Shown: positions 10,012 to 20,359, counted from the first letter of the stretch. The stretch: DNA of 64,000 nucleotides from Bdellovibrionales bacterium (GCA_965262715.1 OZ253553.1:352001-416000), one strand, 5' to 3'. The notes: generated by a model not told the origin, from the letters alone. Numbers and translations: made by a program.

Positions 10012-10980
10012 ATGACTAAAGAACCAAATAACCATAAAGAACCTCATTTAAAAAAACAAGCTTCCCCTAGGAATCAAAGGCTTAGTTACATAGTATTTCC
10101 TAAGTTGATTATCGTATTTTTTGGATTAGTCTTAGTTTTTCAAAACTGTAGTAAAAGTATCAATGGGCCTTTTCCATCACAAAAAGTTATAAGTGACTAT
10201 AATGAAGATTCTATTACTTCTAAAATGCCCTCTTCAACAATGATGTCTTCTACTCAAGCAAGTAAAGCTATTTTCAATATTAGTGAGGAACAGGGAAATA
10301 CAATTTCCAATATTTTATGGCAGGTAAGAAATCAACCCTGTCATGGAGAAAGTGAAGTCATTGCTACAGGCACAGATGTGAGTTTAGAGATAGATAGAAA
10401 GTCTGCTATAAATATTTCTGTAGAGGCCCTTATTCAATTTGAAGGACAGGAATGTATCACTTATGAACAACGTGAATTCCAAGATACAGATATTATATGC
10501 ACTGCAGTCTATACATTTGAAGATTTTAAAAGAGATCATAACCCTTGGGAGATTTTAGCTGCACCTTCTGATGATGAAATGAATGTAGGTCATGATTTCT
10601 CTGTCGGGTCTGTTGTGGGCTTAGAATTTGTAGGAGAAGAGCATGAGTGGGAAGGAGAATTAAACCCTCTTAACTTTTTAGATTTTGCTTCTTTTAAATG
10701 GAGTATTAAAGACGCTAGAGATCAAATAGAACTAGCTGATCAAACAAATACAACAAAAAATCTTACTTATGCTTTTTCACAAATAGGTGTTTACAATGTT
10801 TCTGTAAAAGCGAACTTGGCAGATGATGATATGGAAGATGAACAATTTTCAGAGGACCCCCATGAACAAGAACTCTACAATGAGATCGTAGCAGATGGTG
10901 AAATGACTAGAGACAGCAGGCTGGTTATTGGTAAATGTGAGGAAGAAGATGTTGTTGATATAGAAGTTTCTTTTGAATGA
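10012..10980 (+). CDS. FQNC-type lipoprotein with PKD/Ig-like domain, hypothetical
   Basis: Hydrophobic stretch ending FQNC; FKWSI...YAFSQIGVYNVSV PKD-like motif; paralog of 11120. Confidence 0.6.
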   Translation: MTKEPNNHKEPHLKKQASPRNQRLSYIVFPKLIIVFFGLVLVFQNCSKSINGPFPSQKVISDYNEDSITSKMPSSTMMSSTQASKAIFNISEEQGNTISNILWQVRNQPCHGESEVIATGTDVSLEIDRKSAINISVEALIQFEGQECITYEQREFQDTDIICTAVYTFEDFKRDHNPWEILAAPSDDEMNVGHDFSVGSVVGLEFVGEEHEWEGELNPLNFLDFASFKWSIKDARDQIELADQTNTTKNLTYAFSQIGVYNVSVKANLADDDMEDEQFSEDPHEQELYNEIVADGEMTRDSRLVIGKCEEEDVVDIEVSFE

Positions 10981-11119
10981 ATAAGGTTTTTAAGTATTCT
11001 ATATCTAAATTTTACTCATAAGTATAAGTATGAAGCTATTTAAAATATGACTCTTTAAAGAGATACTCTAACTCCAAATGTTTCTATTGGAATCTTTATA
11101 GTAAAGAAGAGGATTTATA

Positions 11120-12709
11120 ATGTTTGGAAAAATTCAAGGAAGTAGCAATACTCAATTCAACAAAACTCATCCGCTATGGTTAATCTTTTCTAAAAACAAA
11201 AGATTGAATTATATAATGTTTCCTGCATTGATCATCATGTTTGTTTTTATTTTTGCCTTTCAAAACTGTCAAAAAAGAAAGAATCCATCAGAGGGAGTAG
11301 TGATTAAAGAGTCTAATACGTCTAATCCATCTCCCTCAACAACCACATCTACTCTTGTTTCTCATATAGGAGATAAAGCTATTTTTGAGATTAGTGAAAA
11401 ATATACAGGAGAAAAGGCAATCCCTAATATTCGATGGCAAGTTATGGAAACAGGCTTATGTGATGGAAATAATATAATAATTGCTGAAGGAACAGAATCA
11501 AATATAGAAGTGGACTGGAATAGCTTCTTAGATAAATCTGTTTCTGTAGAAGCTTTTATTCAATTTGAAGGGGATGATTGTATCACTTATAGACAGCAAA
11601 ACATTAGAGTGAACCAATTAAGTGGTAGTATATGTGATACTGATAGGTACACATTTGATATTCTATCTACACTTTCTTCTGATGATTTAACAAGGTTTAG
11701 GAGGTATTTTTCTGTTGGGTCTTCTGTAGATTTAGAATTTAGGGCTTTTGGGCCAGATGAGCTAGATTTTGACTCTTTTACATGGAGTCTTCAAAAAATC
11801 TTTGTAAAAGATGAGGAAGAACGAGCTGATCAAACCAATAACACTGTGAATCTCACATATCACTTTTCAGAAATAGGGCTTTACAATGTCGTTGTAGAAG
11901 CATCTAGGACTGACTTATCTGCGACAACAACTACTACAAGCTCAAATACAAATACTGAGCCAGCCTCAGTAAGTAGACAACTGCTTATTGGTAAGTGTGA
12001 AGGGGAGAATCTTGATGATATAGAAATTGTTCTTAGTGATGATAGCTTTGGATATGAGACACCAAAAAATGTTTTATATCCTATTTGGAATTATGTCAGA
12101 CCTGTTGATACAGACTATGAAGCAGCGAATGTCGTGACAGTCAATGATACAGAGGGTTATCCATCTGGCCGACATATCTATCGGTACCCAAGAGGAAGTA
12201 AAGCTAAATTTATTGATATTGATATTCAAAATGCAGATGAATGTTTCTTGGATCAAGATCCTGTACCTATTGGGGAAACATGTTCAGGGTGTTCTGAAAA
12301 TAGTGAAGGTTGTACTAGTTCTTGTCATACTGAATATGGAATACGAGAGGGTTTATCTCCATTACCTTCTTGTAGAGGTAATGCGCTGGATATGTCAACA
12401 CTGGATTTAGATATCACTATATGTACAGATGATATTTTTGTAGTAGCAGCTTCTAAAAAAATAGATATTAGCTTGCTCCCAACAGCAGAACTACCAGTTA
12501 TGATTCCTAGTTCAGAAGGAAGTGGTTCTTCTACTCAAACGCTAGGGACTCAAGCTGTTGTTAATTCAATTACAGATAATGAAAACAAAAACAAAAAAAC
12601 TTTGCAAACAGAACATGTTTTCTACAAACATTGTCCAGCAGATAGTGACTATTGTTATTTTGGACCAGAAACCTATCGGCCAGAAGAACATCATTGCTCT
12701 GATGAATAA
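11120..12709 (+). CDS. FQNC-type Cys-rich lipoprotein with PKD/Ig-like domain, hypothetical
   Basis: FAFQNC; SVEAFIQFEG.C; FSEIGLYNVVV; C-terminal CPADSDYCYFGP shared with the 62373+ ORF. Confidence 0.65.
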   Translation: MFGKIQGSSNTQFNKTHPLWLIFSKNKRLNYIMFPALIIMFVFIFAFQNCQKRKNPSEGVVIKESNTSNPSPSTTTSTLVSHIGDKAIFEISEKYTGEKAIPNIRWQVMETGLCDGNNIIIAEGTESNIEVDWNSFLDKSVSVEAFIQFEGDDCITYRQQNIRVNQLSGSICDTDRYTFDILSTLSSDDLTRFRRYFSVGSSVDLEFRAFGPDELDFDSFTWSLQKIFVKDEEERADQTNNTVNLTYHFSEIGLYNVVVEASRTDLSATTTTTSSNTNTEPASVSRQLLIGKCEGENLDDIEIVLSDDSFGYETPKNVLYPIWNYVRPVDTDYEAANVVTVNDTEGYPSGRHIYRYPRGSKAKFIDIDIQNADECFLDQDPVPIGETCSGCSENSEGCTSSCHTEYGIREGLSPLPSCRGNALDMSTLDLDITICTDDIFVVAASKKIDISLLPTAELPVMIPSSEGSGSSTQTLGTQAVVNSITDNENKNKKTLQTEHVFYKHCPADSDYCYFGPETYRPEEHHCSDE

Positions 12710-12746
12710 ATCATTCTGTGAAATTCAAGTTGTTTTTGAAAAATAT

Positions 12747-12946
12747 TAGAAGCCATCTTATAAATATAGTTTTGTATTTTGCACAATTCGAGTTAAAAGT
12801 TAAAATAGAAAATCATCGCCGGAATATAGCAGCCTGAGATTCCGGGAGTTTATTCTCAGTTTGTCAGCTTATCTGATTGCCTGAAGAAATACTTGGTAAT
12901 ACAGTGATTTTTATAACAAACTCAGGGTTTTTAAGATGAATTTTAG
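12747..12946. repeat. Family B MITE-like repeat
   Basis: tagaagccatct end, ttttgtattttgc...gagttaaaagt, degenerate octamer core. Confidence 0.55.
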
Positions 12947-13021
12947 ATAATCTTTATAAAAACTCTATAATAAATAAAAGATGTTTTTTTGGTGATGAGA
13001 TATGTTTATTCATCTATAAAG

Positions 13022-13456
13022 TTAATTTGATAGACAAGAGTCCCATTGAGCTTCTAAGTCTTCCAGTTCTTCTCTCATATTGTTAATGTCTTCTAGTGTT
13101 GTGTTCTGTTTTTTCTCTTCCATCCATGCTGAGAATTCTGTTAAGTTTTGGTTTGATGTTATCGATTTATTTTGTATATATTCTCCTGGATAAAGGTTCA
13201 TTAAAAATCTTTCTAGGTCCATCTCTAAAAGAACATCGAAAAACTCAGACATAAGTTGTCCTAGTGGTGTGTCTTGGAGTAAGTTATATGTAGCTTCTTG
13301 ACAATCAAGATTGTCATTTATAATGACCCTAGAGGATACGAAATGAGTTATATCTCGAAGAAGTTCACTTAAGGGGTCTTCTCTTTGAAAAGAAGCATTT
13401 GTAGTAGCTGCTATTATAGATAGCAATAAAAAGATTGATAGGTATAATGAGTTCAT
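13022..13456 (-). CDS. Secreted hypothetical protein (tandem paralog 1)
   Basis: Signal peptide; ATYNLL.DT.LGQ.MSEFF and MREELEDLEAQWDSCL shared with 13476-13925. Confidence 0.7.
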   Translation of the reverse strand: MNSLYLSIFLLLSIIAATTNASFQREDPLSELLRDITHFVSSRVIINDNLDCQEATYNLLQDTPLGQLMSEFFDVLLEMDLERFLMNLYPGEYIQNKSITSNQNLTEFSAWMEEKKQNTTLEDINNMREELEDLEAQWDSCLSN

Positions 13457-13475
13457 GTTTTTTTCTCTTTCTGGG

Positions 13476-13925
13476 TTAAGGGAATGTGGTTTGTAGGCAA
13501 GAGTCCCATTGAGCTTCTAAGTCTTCCAGTTCTTCTCTCATAGTGTTAATATCTTCTGGTGTTGTGCTTTGTCTTTTCTGTTCCATCCATAGAAGAGTAC
13601 CTAATAAGTTTTGTCTTGACTGTCTTGTTTTATCTATTTCATGTTCTTCTGAATACTGATTTAGTAGGTAAGCTCTGAGATTCATTTCTAAATGAATCTC
13701 AAAAAATTCAGACATGATCTGGCCTAGTTGTGTATCTTCAAGTAGGTTATATGTAGCTCTTTGGCAATTAGGATTGTTATTTATTATAACTTCAAAGTAT
13801 ATAAAACGGGTGATATCTTGGAAAAGCTGGTTTAGTGGGTCTCCTTCTTGAGAGAAGCTAGTTGTAGGACTTGTTATTATGCATAATAATAACAAAATTG
13901 ATAGGTAATAGCTTAATAGTTTCAT
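13476..13925 (-). CDS. Secreted hypothetical protein (tandem paralog 2)
   Basis: Signal peptide; clear paralog of 13022-13456. Confidence 0.7.
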   Translation of the reverse strand: MKLLSYYLSILLLLCIITSPTTSFSQEGDPLNQLFQDITRFIYFEVIINNNPNCQRATYNLLEDTQLGQIMSEFFEIHLEMNLRAYLLNQYSEEHEIDKTRQSRQNLLGTLLWMEQKRQSTTPEDINTMREELEDLEAQWDSCLQTTFP

Positions 13926-14039
13926 GCTTTTCTTCTCACTAAACTAACTGTTCTTTAAATTAAACATGTGCATTTATACCAAAAAATAAAAACATGTCAA
14001 GTAGAAAACCTATATTTGTAAATTTTACAAACAATAAAG

Positions 14040-14235
14040 TAGAACTGGTCTCAAAAATAAGTTTTTGTATCATACAATACAAATTAAGAGTTAAAAGAGT
14101 AAACATTCGTTGTTTCAGTATCCGGCAATCCAGCAGTCTGGCAACTGTTTCAGGAACTGTTGCCTGTTTACCGGATTGCCAGATTGCCTGAAAAGTGCTT
14201 ATTTATAATTTTAAGATTTTGTCAGATGGCTTCTA
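14040..14235. repeat. Family B MITE-like repeat with octamer-repeat hairpin (clearest copy)
   Basis: Ends tagaactggtctcaaaa / ttttgtcagatggcttcta; core tccggcaa tccagcag tctggcaa ... ttgcctgt ttaccgga ttgccaga ttgcctga. Confidence 0.7.
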
Positions 14236-14241
14236 AAGAAT

Positions 14242-15567
14242 CTATTGCGAGAGCATGTCATTAAAATAGGTAAAAACTTCTTTTTCAATAACTTGCTTTA
14301 AACTTTGATCACTAATTTTCATGAGCAAGGCTTGTAAAAAGCTGGTTGATAGAGATTGTATTGCCTCCTTATAAGATAATCCTCGGCTTTGTAAATAAAA
14401 AATATCATCTTCATCTAGTTGCCCTACAGTTGCCCCATGAGTTGCCTTTACATCATCTGCAAAAACATCTAGCTCTGGTTTGACATCAGCCTCGGCTAAA
14501 GGATTTAAAATAAGGCTCTTACTGATTTGGTTTGAATCAGATTTTTGGGCTTCTTTGTTGATACAGATCCATCCGTTGAACACATATCTTGAAATATCTG
14601 ATAAAATACTTCTTACATTTAAACGGCTCAAGGTCTCTGGTTTTAAATGTTGAATGTAAAAGTGGGAATCAAAATGACTTTGGTTTTTAAGAAGAGATAA
14701 TGCATGAATATATGACTGTGAGTTAATCCCCTTTAAATCAATAACTTTGTTATTGCGCAAATGACCTTTCCCTAATTGAATATCAAAAGATTGTAGATGA
14801 GAGTCTTTACCTACTAGATCAAAATAACTTTCCATTAAAAATGTAGATTTTGAGTGAATATATTGCTTGCAATAAATGTCTAGATGAGACTTTTCTTCTA
14901 ACTTTGCTCTTAATGATAACATTGATAGGTCTTCTGTGATTTTTTGCCTTTCTAAATTCTCAAACTCTCCTATATGAATAAAAACTTTTAATTGACTGCC
15001 TTTTTGTAAGTGAAAAAATAAACGAGATGCTATCATATTACAAGCTTGTTGTTGAAAGTGACAATATAAAAGTAAATTCGCAGATGTATCAGCATCTACT
15101 GTGATCACATAAATATCTTTACAGAGGAGTATGTTTAAGTGCTCTAAAACATCTTCTTGTTTTGCAAATGGTTGAAAAAGCTCATTTTGCATAATTTGGG
15201 AAATATGACTTGAGGATGAGCTTGAGTGAGGGTTTTGAGAGAAACACCAATCTGTAAAACTTTTTATAGAAATTCCTTTTGGCAGTATACTTTCAGCAGT
15301 TTTTATATTACAAACTCCATCTTTAAAAAGAATATTATTTCCTTTTTTTTCTTTAAAAGAAGGAGATAAACTTTGATTTACAGAAAGTTTTTGAGAATAT
15401 AATAAGTCGTTAAGATGACGAAATGAAGTATATTTCCATTCTTCACTTCGAGGTGGAAATTTCTTTAAAGCTTTTAGCGCATTAGCACTTTGCACTTTTT
15501 TCTCTTTAAGAATATCTGGAATTTTGTGAGATATTGTATCTTCTAAGGCGGTATCAATAAACTTCAT
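14242..15567 (-). CDS. sufD: Fe-S cluster assembly protein SufD
   Basis: EEWKYT, FNGWI, KPELDVFADDVKATHGATVGQLDEDDIFYLQSRGL. Confidence 0.92.
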   Translation of the reverse strand: MKFIDTALEDTISHKIPDILKEKKVQSANALKALKKFPPRSEEWKYTSFRHLNDLLYSQKLSVNQSLSPSFKEKKGNNILFKDGVCNIKTAESILPKGISIKSFTDWCFSQNPHSSSSSSHISQIMQNELFQPFAKQEDVLEHLNILLCKDIYVITVDADTSANLLLYCHFQQQACNMIASRLFFHLQKGSQLKVFIHIGEFENLERQKITEDLSMLSLRAKLEEKSHLDIYCKQYIHSKSTFLMESYFDLVGKDSHLQSFDIQLGKGHLRNNKVIDLKGINSQSYIHALSLLKNQSHFDSHFYIQHLKPETLSRLNVRSILSDISRYVFNGWICINKEAQKSDSNQISKSLILNPLAEADVKPELDVFADDVKATHGATVGQLDEDDIFYLQSRGLSYKEAIQSLSTSFLQALLMKISDQSLKQVIEKEVFTYFNDMLSQ

Positions 15568-15579
15568 TATTTGACCTTA

Positions 15580-16359
15580 TCAATTAGGGTTATGATAAAT
15601 TGTAGAGTTTTTAGCAATATCATCATAACCTTTATCTTCTATTTGATGAATAAGTTGCCAGTCACCTGTTTTGATAATTTGTCCTTGATAAAGAATATGT
15701 ATATAATCAGGTTTAATGTGTTCTAGCATCCTTTGATAGTGAGTGATCAATATGAGAGCTTTTTGAGGAGAATGAAATTTTTTTATAGCACTTGCGACCA
15801 TTTTTAAAGCATCCATATCTAATCCTGAGTCAATTTCATCTAAGATGGTTAATTTAGGATCAAAAATCATCATTTGTAAGATTTCATTTTTTTTCTTTTC
15901 TCCACCAGAAAATCCTTCATTTAAAAATCGGTCTAAAAATTTTGAGTCAAACTCAAGTATCTTTGATTTTTCTAATGCCCATGTGCGGAACTCATCTTTT
16001 GGAAAGTAACTGACTCCCTTATGTACACATAAGGATTTAAAGCAAGCATATAAAAAATCAAAATTACTTAATCCTGGGATTTCTAAAGGATTTTGAAAAG
16101 AGAAAAAAATTCCTTCCTTAGATCGGATGTCAGGATCCATATCTTGAAGAGGTTGCATTTTACCATTAATTTCAAAATGCATACTTCCACTAACTGTTTT
16201 TAGATGAGGGTATCCTGCAATGATCTTAGCTAAAGTGCTTTTGCCTGAACCATTAGGTCCCATAATGGCGTGTATTTCACCTTTTTGAACATGGAGATTT
16301 AGCTTTTTTAAGAGCTGCTTTTGATGAACTTGTACATCTAAGTTTTGTATATTTAGCAT
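15580..16359 (-). CDS. sufC: Fe-S cluster assembly ATPase SufC
   Basis: GPNGSGKST, LNEGFSGGEKKKNEILQM, LDEIDSGLDMDA, ITHYQR. Confidence 0.95.
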   Translation of the reverse strand: MLNIQNLDVQVHQKQLLKKLNLHVQKGEIHAIMGPNGSGKSTLAKIIAGYPHLKTVSGSMHFEINGKMQPLQDMDPDIRSKEGIFFSFQNPLEIPGLSNFDFLYACFKSLCVHKGVSYFPKDEFRTWALEKSKILEFDSKFLDRFLNEGFSGGEKKKNEILQMMIFDPKLTILDEIDSGLDMDALKMVASAIKKFHSPQKALILITHYQRMLEHIKPDYIHILYQGQIIKTGDWQLIHQIEDKGYDDIAKNSTIYHNPN

Positions 16360-16379
16360 AGTTTGTTCCTGTTTTTATT

Positions 16380-16456
16380 TGGTGACCATGGCAGGATTTG
16401 AACCTACGACACCAAGTTTAGGAAACTTGTGCTCTATCCAACTGAGCTACATGGCC
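16380..16456 (-). tRNA. tRNA-Arg (anticodon CCT)
   Basis: GGCCATG TA GCTCAGTTGGATAGAGC, anticodon arm caagt-TTCCTAA-acttg, GGTTCAAATCC, 3' CATGGTC-A-CCA; 77 nt. Confidence 0.96.
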
Positions 16457-16523
16457 ACTTGCCTCAACCAAACAACAATAAAGGAACTTCCATAAAAGTC
16501 AATCCCTTTCACTAAAGAGGCTT

Positions 16524-17395
16524 CTGTTTCCCTAAAAATAGACCTGCCTCTGGCAGTTTTTGGGCAGTCAGCCTGAAGACTTACGTCTTCAAGAAAATGC
16601 TAACTGCCTCAAAAATTTGTCTATTTTTAGGAGGGAGACTACCCTCGTTCTTTAACACGATGTTAAGGAAAACTTTTTATTCACTAAAAATAAACCAGCG
16701 TCTGTTTCACTAAAAATGAACCAGCCTCTCGAGGCGAGCCTCTGGCAGTTTTTGGGCAGTTAGCCTGAAGACTTACGTCTTCAAGAAAATGCTAACTGCC
16801 TCAAAAATTTGTCTATTTTTAGGAGGGAGACTACCCTCGTTCTTTAACACGATGTTAAGGAAATCGCTGACTACTTTATCCCTAGTTCCTCTTACTATCT
16901 CTTCCTCTCCTTACAAATCACACCAAATCTTTAGCAAGATAAGAGTGGATATTTATGGCAAAAAGACAAGTTCTTCCGCAGATGGGATCGCTAAAAAGAG
17001 ATCCCATCGAGGACTACTTGGCTTTGCCATAAATATCCAGTCATTGCCCCAAAGATTTTTTCCTTGTTTTTCTAAAAAACAATCCATCTCCTAACTCTGG
17101 CGACTTTCTGGCATTGCCCTCAAACTGGCTCACGCCGTTTGGCAAATAGGGCAATGCCTAGAAAGCATGAGGCATTGTAGTAAACCAGATATCTCTCGTT
17201 ATTTAACATAATGTTAAGGAAATCATTCTCTTGCTATCTTCTCTTCTTACAAAGCCTAGAGAGGATAATACATTTTAGTAGGGAGATACTTTTTATCTAT
17301 TAACATAATGTTAAGGAAACTGTCTTACTTACTTCTTTCATTAAAATGCATCTGACCTCTAGAGGCTCGCCTCGAGAGGCTAGTTTATTTTTAAG
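16524..17395 (+). repeat. Family A modular palindrome cluster (two ~126-bp modules at 192-bp spacing plus fragments) with nested family C hairpin
   Basis: gcctctggcagtttttgggcag...ttaacacgatgttaaggaaa at 16546 and 16738; further modules 17093-17395. Confidence 0.85.
16946..17039 (+). repeat. Family C hairpin, free-standing copy
   Basis: tggatatttatggcaaa...ttccgca-gatgggatc..gatcccatc-gaggactacttg...tttgccataaatatcca, homologous to the IS30 3' hairpin. Confidence 0.8.
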
Positions 17396-17497
17396 AGAGA
17401 AAATAAACATTTATTTGTAAGGCATCTGTAAGTATATTTTTAGTATAGGGGATAAGAGTTGTTATTTGTTGAGTATGGTTGGTTAACTTTGTAGGGG

Positions 17498-18538
17498 ATG
17501 TTGATGATAAGAGGTTTTGTAAGATTGTGCATGTTGCTTTGTTGTTGGATTCCTCAAGTTGTTTTAGCCAATCGAGCTCTTGTTGATGCTGTTTTAAGAG
17601 AGGATATATTAGAGGTGCAGGTATTACTTGAGAGTGGTATAGATACTAATTCTTTAAGTGATGATGGTCACCTTGCATTAGTAGTAGCAGCCGGCCTTGG
17701 TGATATAAAAGGAGTGAGATTATTATTAGATTATGATGCTGACCCTGATAAGACAAATCGTTATGGGGATTCGGCCTTAATGGTAGCAACAGATGGTGCT
17801 CACACAGAAGTCATGAGATTGTTATTGAGTATGAATGTCGATATCGATTACAAGAAAGAAAATGGGCATACAGCTTTAATATCAGCGGTTATCCATAATC
17901 AAATAGAGGCTGTAGACGTTTTGTTAGATGCAGGCGCAGATCATAGTGAGAGAGATCTTCTTGGCATTACCTCTTTGATGTTGGCGGCTTCTTCTAGATT
18001 TGTACCAATGATGGAGTTATTGTTAAAATATGGAAGTGATCCTAATTCTCAAAGTAAGTTTGGCCATACAGGTCTTCTGTTTGCTGTTTATAGAGGCGAT
18101 GTAAAAGCTATGTTTTTATTATTAGCACATGGAGCTAATCCTTCTATTGCAAATGCCCATGGTGAAACACCTCTATTTTTAGCTGTTAGAGGAGGTCGGA
18201 TAGAAGCAGTCAAATTATTGTTGAGTTTTGGAACTGAGGTTAAATCTGTAAATAAGGATGATCAAACACCTTTGATATTGGCTGCTGAAAGAGGTTATTT
18301 TGATATAGCAGAAGATCTATTAGAAGCAGGAGCCGATCTTGAGGCTATAGATCGGTATGAATACAATGCCTTAATGTCGGCAGCCATTAATGGTGATATA
18401 AAAATGGTCAGATTGTTATTAGATCATGGTGCTAATCCCAGTTATGCTAACTCACGTGGTTATACAGCTTGGAGAGTTGCCAACTCCAACGGTCATAAGA
18501 AGGTAGCTGATTTAATTCAAGAGAGGATAGATCAATAA
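17498..18538 (+). CDS. Secreted ankyrin-repeat protein (about 9-10 repeats)
   Basis: Signal peptide; repeated G.T(A/P)L..A...G....V.LLL..GA. Confidence 0.92.
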   Translation: MLMIRGFVRLCMLLCCWIPQVVLANRALVDAVLREDILEVQVLLESGIDTNSLSDDGHLALVVAAGLGDIKGVRLLLDYDADPDKTNRYGDSALMVATDGAHTEVMRLLLSMNVDIDYKKENGHTALISAVIHNQIEAVDVLLDAGADHSERDLLGITSLMLAASSRFVPMMELLLKYGSDPNSQSKFGHTGLLFAVYRGDVKAMFLLLAHGANPSIANAHGETPLFLAVRGGRIEAVKLLLSFGTEVKSVNKDDQTPLILAAERGYFDIAEDLLEAGADLEAIDRYEYNALMSAAINGDIKMVRLLLDHGANPSYANSRGYTAWRVANSNGHKKVADLIQERIDQ

Positions 18539-18584
18539 GATTCTTTATTGACTTTGAGTGTGTGGAGATGATTTATGATTGTAG

Positions 18585-19250
18585 GTGAATAGAACAACTC
18601 ATAAATCATTTAATTCTATGCTGCAAAAACAAATCATTGATTGCTTAAAAGCGAAAGATACAGATAGGGATCAGGCTTGGCAAGAACAATTTTTAAAGCT
18701 TTTTCCATCTAGTCATGTTACAATTTTATCTTCTGAACCTCAGCAAGGGCCTGATGGTATGCCTTATTTTTTAGTACAAGTAGAGGAAAGCTCCAAAGAA
18801 CCTCTTAATAAGTTGCTGCATTGGCTTTCTCAAAAAGGTATTGGATTGGTGGTACATCCTGAAAAGGAATATCCTGATTACATATTTACCTATGGCATGA
18901 TTTGGTATTTTAAAGAAACTCGTTTCTTTTTAAATCCTCATAAAAAGAATCTTCAAACTTCTCAAAGCGCAAAAGTTGTTGTTGGTCAGCCCAACAAGGA
19001 GTTTTTGCCTTTATATGTCCGATTGATATTAAAGCAATTTTTTTTGGATCAAGGTATTTACAAGCCTCAATTGGCTATGATTGGTATTGATAAGTACAAC
19101 ATGGACATTTGTTTTTGTCTGGAATCATTAGGCAGTCCTCCTGTTTCTGAGCATGAGGATCTATTAAAAGCTATTTCTTGGTTTTTACCTCAACATTATT
19201 CTATTGCTATCTCTCAAAAAGATATAAAACTGCCATTTCAACCACTTTAA
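18585..19250 (+). CDS. Hypothetical protein
   Basis: 221-aa ORF with natural-looking motifs (PQQGPDGMPYF, PDYIFTYGMIW, AISWFLPQHY). Confidence 0.6.
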   Translation: MNRTTHKSFNSMLQKQIIDCLKAKDTDRDQAWQEQFLKLFPSSHVTILSSEPQQGPDGMPYFLVQVEESSKEPLNKLLHWLSQKGIGLVVHPEKEYPDYIFTYGMIWYFKETRFFLNPHKKNLQTSQSAKVVVGQPNKEFLPLYVRLILKQFFLDQGIYKPQLAMIGIDKYNMDICFCLESLGSPPVSEHEDLLKAISWFLPQHYSIAISQKDIKLPFQPL

Positions 19251-19504
19251 GTCTTTTTTTATTTATTGGTTCATTATAAGTGGCTTTCTTTATAAGCATT
19301 TAAAAATACTATGGATTTATCTGATTTCTTTTCTTGTTGCATTTATAAAGATATATTTTTTTAAATTTATGGATATCTTTTCTTGTTCTTTTGGAGTTTT
19401 TATAGCAAAAGGGTATGCAAACTTAAAAAATATGGGATTAAAACTCAAAGAAATTATATTTACTTATTTTGTTATTGAGACATAAAGTAAATGGGAAGTC
19501 ATCA

Positions 19505-20359
19505 ATGACTTTTATGACAAGAGAGCAAAAGCAATACTTATTTAAGCTACTCTGCATATTTTCAACTGTGATGGTGATATTCATCTTATTTGTATTGCTT
19601 TTTAATATTTTTTTAGATGGTAAAGATTGGCTTAGCTTAAAGTTTTTAACAAGTTTCCCTTCGAGAAAGGTACATCTTGCAGGAATCAAGTCTGCACTTT
19701 ATGGCAGTTTTTGGATTATCGGTCTTACAAGCATTATTTCTGTTGTTCTCGGAGTATCTACGGCCTTGTTTTTAGAGGAGTATGCGCCTAAGAACTCGAA
19801 GCTTGTATATCTTTTACAAGTCAATATTGCTAATTTATCAGGCATGCCTTCTATTATCTATGGTCTTTTAGGTTTGGCCATTTTTGTAAGATTTTTAGGA
19901 TTAGGTCAAAGTGTTTTATCTGGGGCTCTCACTTTAAGTTTACTGGTGATGCCTATTATTATTATTTCTTCTCAGGGGGCTATTCGTTCTGTTCCTCAAT
20001 CTATTAGAGATGCAGCTTTTGCTTTAGGGACTCATAAGTGGCAAGTCGTGTGTTTTCAAGTCTTGCCTGCGGCTCTTCCTGGCATTCTTACGGGTATTAT
20101 TTTATCAACCTCTCGTGGGATAGGGGAATCAGCTCCTCTTATTATGATAGGAGCTCTTAGTTTTGTGGCTTTTACTCCTGAAGGTATTATGGATTCCTTT
20201 ACTGTGCTGCCTGTACAAATTTTTAATTGGGCATCTAGACCTCAGGAGGATTTTCATTCTCTTGCAGCAGCAGGGATTATTGTGTTATTAAGCTTGCTAT
20301 TGTCTTTAAACTTGTTAGCTATTTTGATTAGAAACTATAGTCGTAGAAGGTATAAATGA
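19505..20359 (+). CDS. pstA: Phosphate ABC transporter permease PstA
   Basis: [50 protein letters not shown]. Confidence 0.92.
   Translation: MTFMTREQKQYLFKLLCIFSTVMVIFILFVLLFNIFLDGKDWLSLKFLTSFPSRKVHLAGIKSALYGSFWIIGLTSIISVVLGVSTALFLEEYAPKNSKLVYLLQVNIANLSGMPSIIYGLLGLAIFVRFLGLGQSVLSGALTLSLLVMPIIIISSQGAIRSVPQSIRDAAFALGTHKWQVVCFQVLPAALPGILTGIILSTSRGIGESAPLIMIGALSFVAFTPEGIMDSFTVLPVQIFNWASRPQEDFHSLAAAGIIVLLSLLLSLNLLAILIRNYSRRRYK

Noticed and set aside
16789..17094. ORFs 16789-17094, 38926-39132, 56780-56962, 13994-14191, 25700-25975 and 60081-60308 as proteins
   Set aside because: They lie in palindromic repeats; shared peptides such as LGGRL...MLRKS simply reflect the DNA repeat
16380..17395. 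tRNA-anchored genomic island or prophage
   Set aside because: No integrase and no duplicated tRNA 3' end; the repeats lie on the tRNA 5' side
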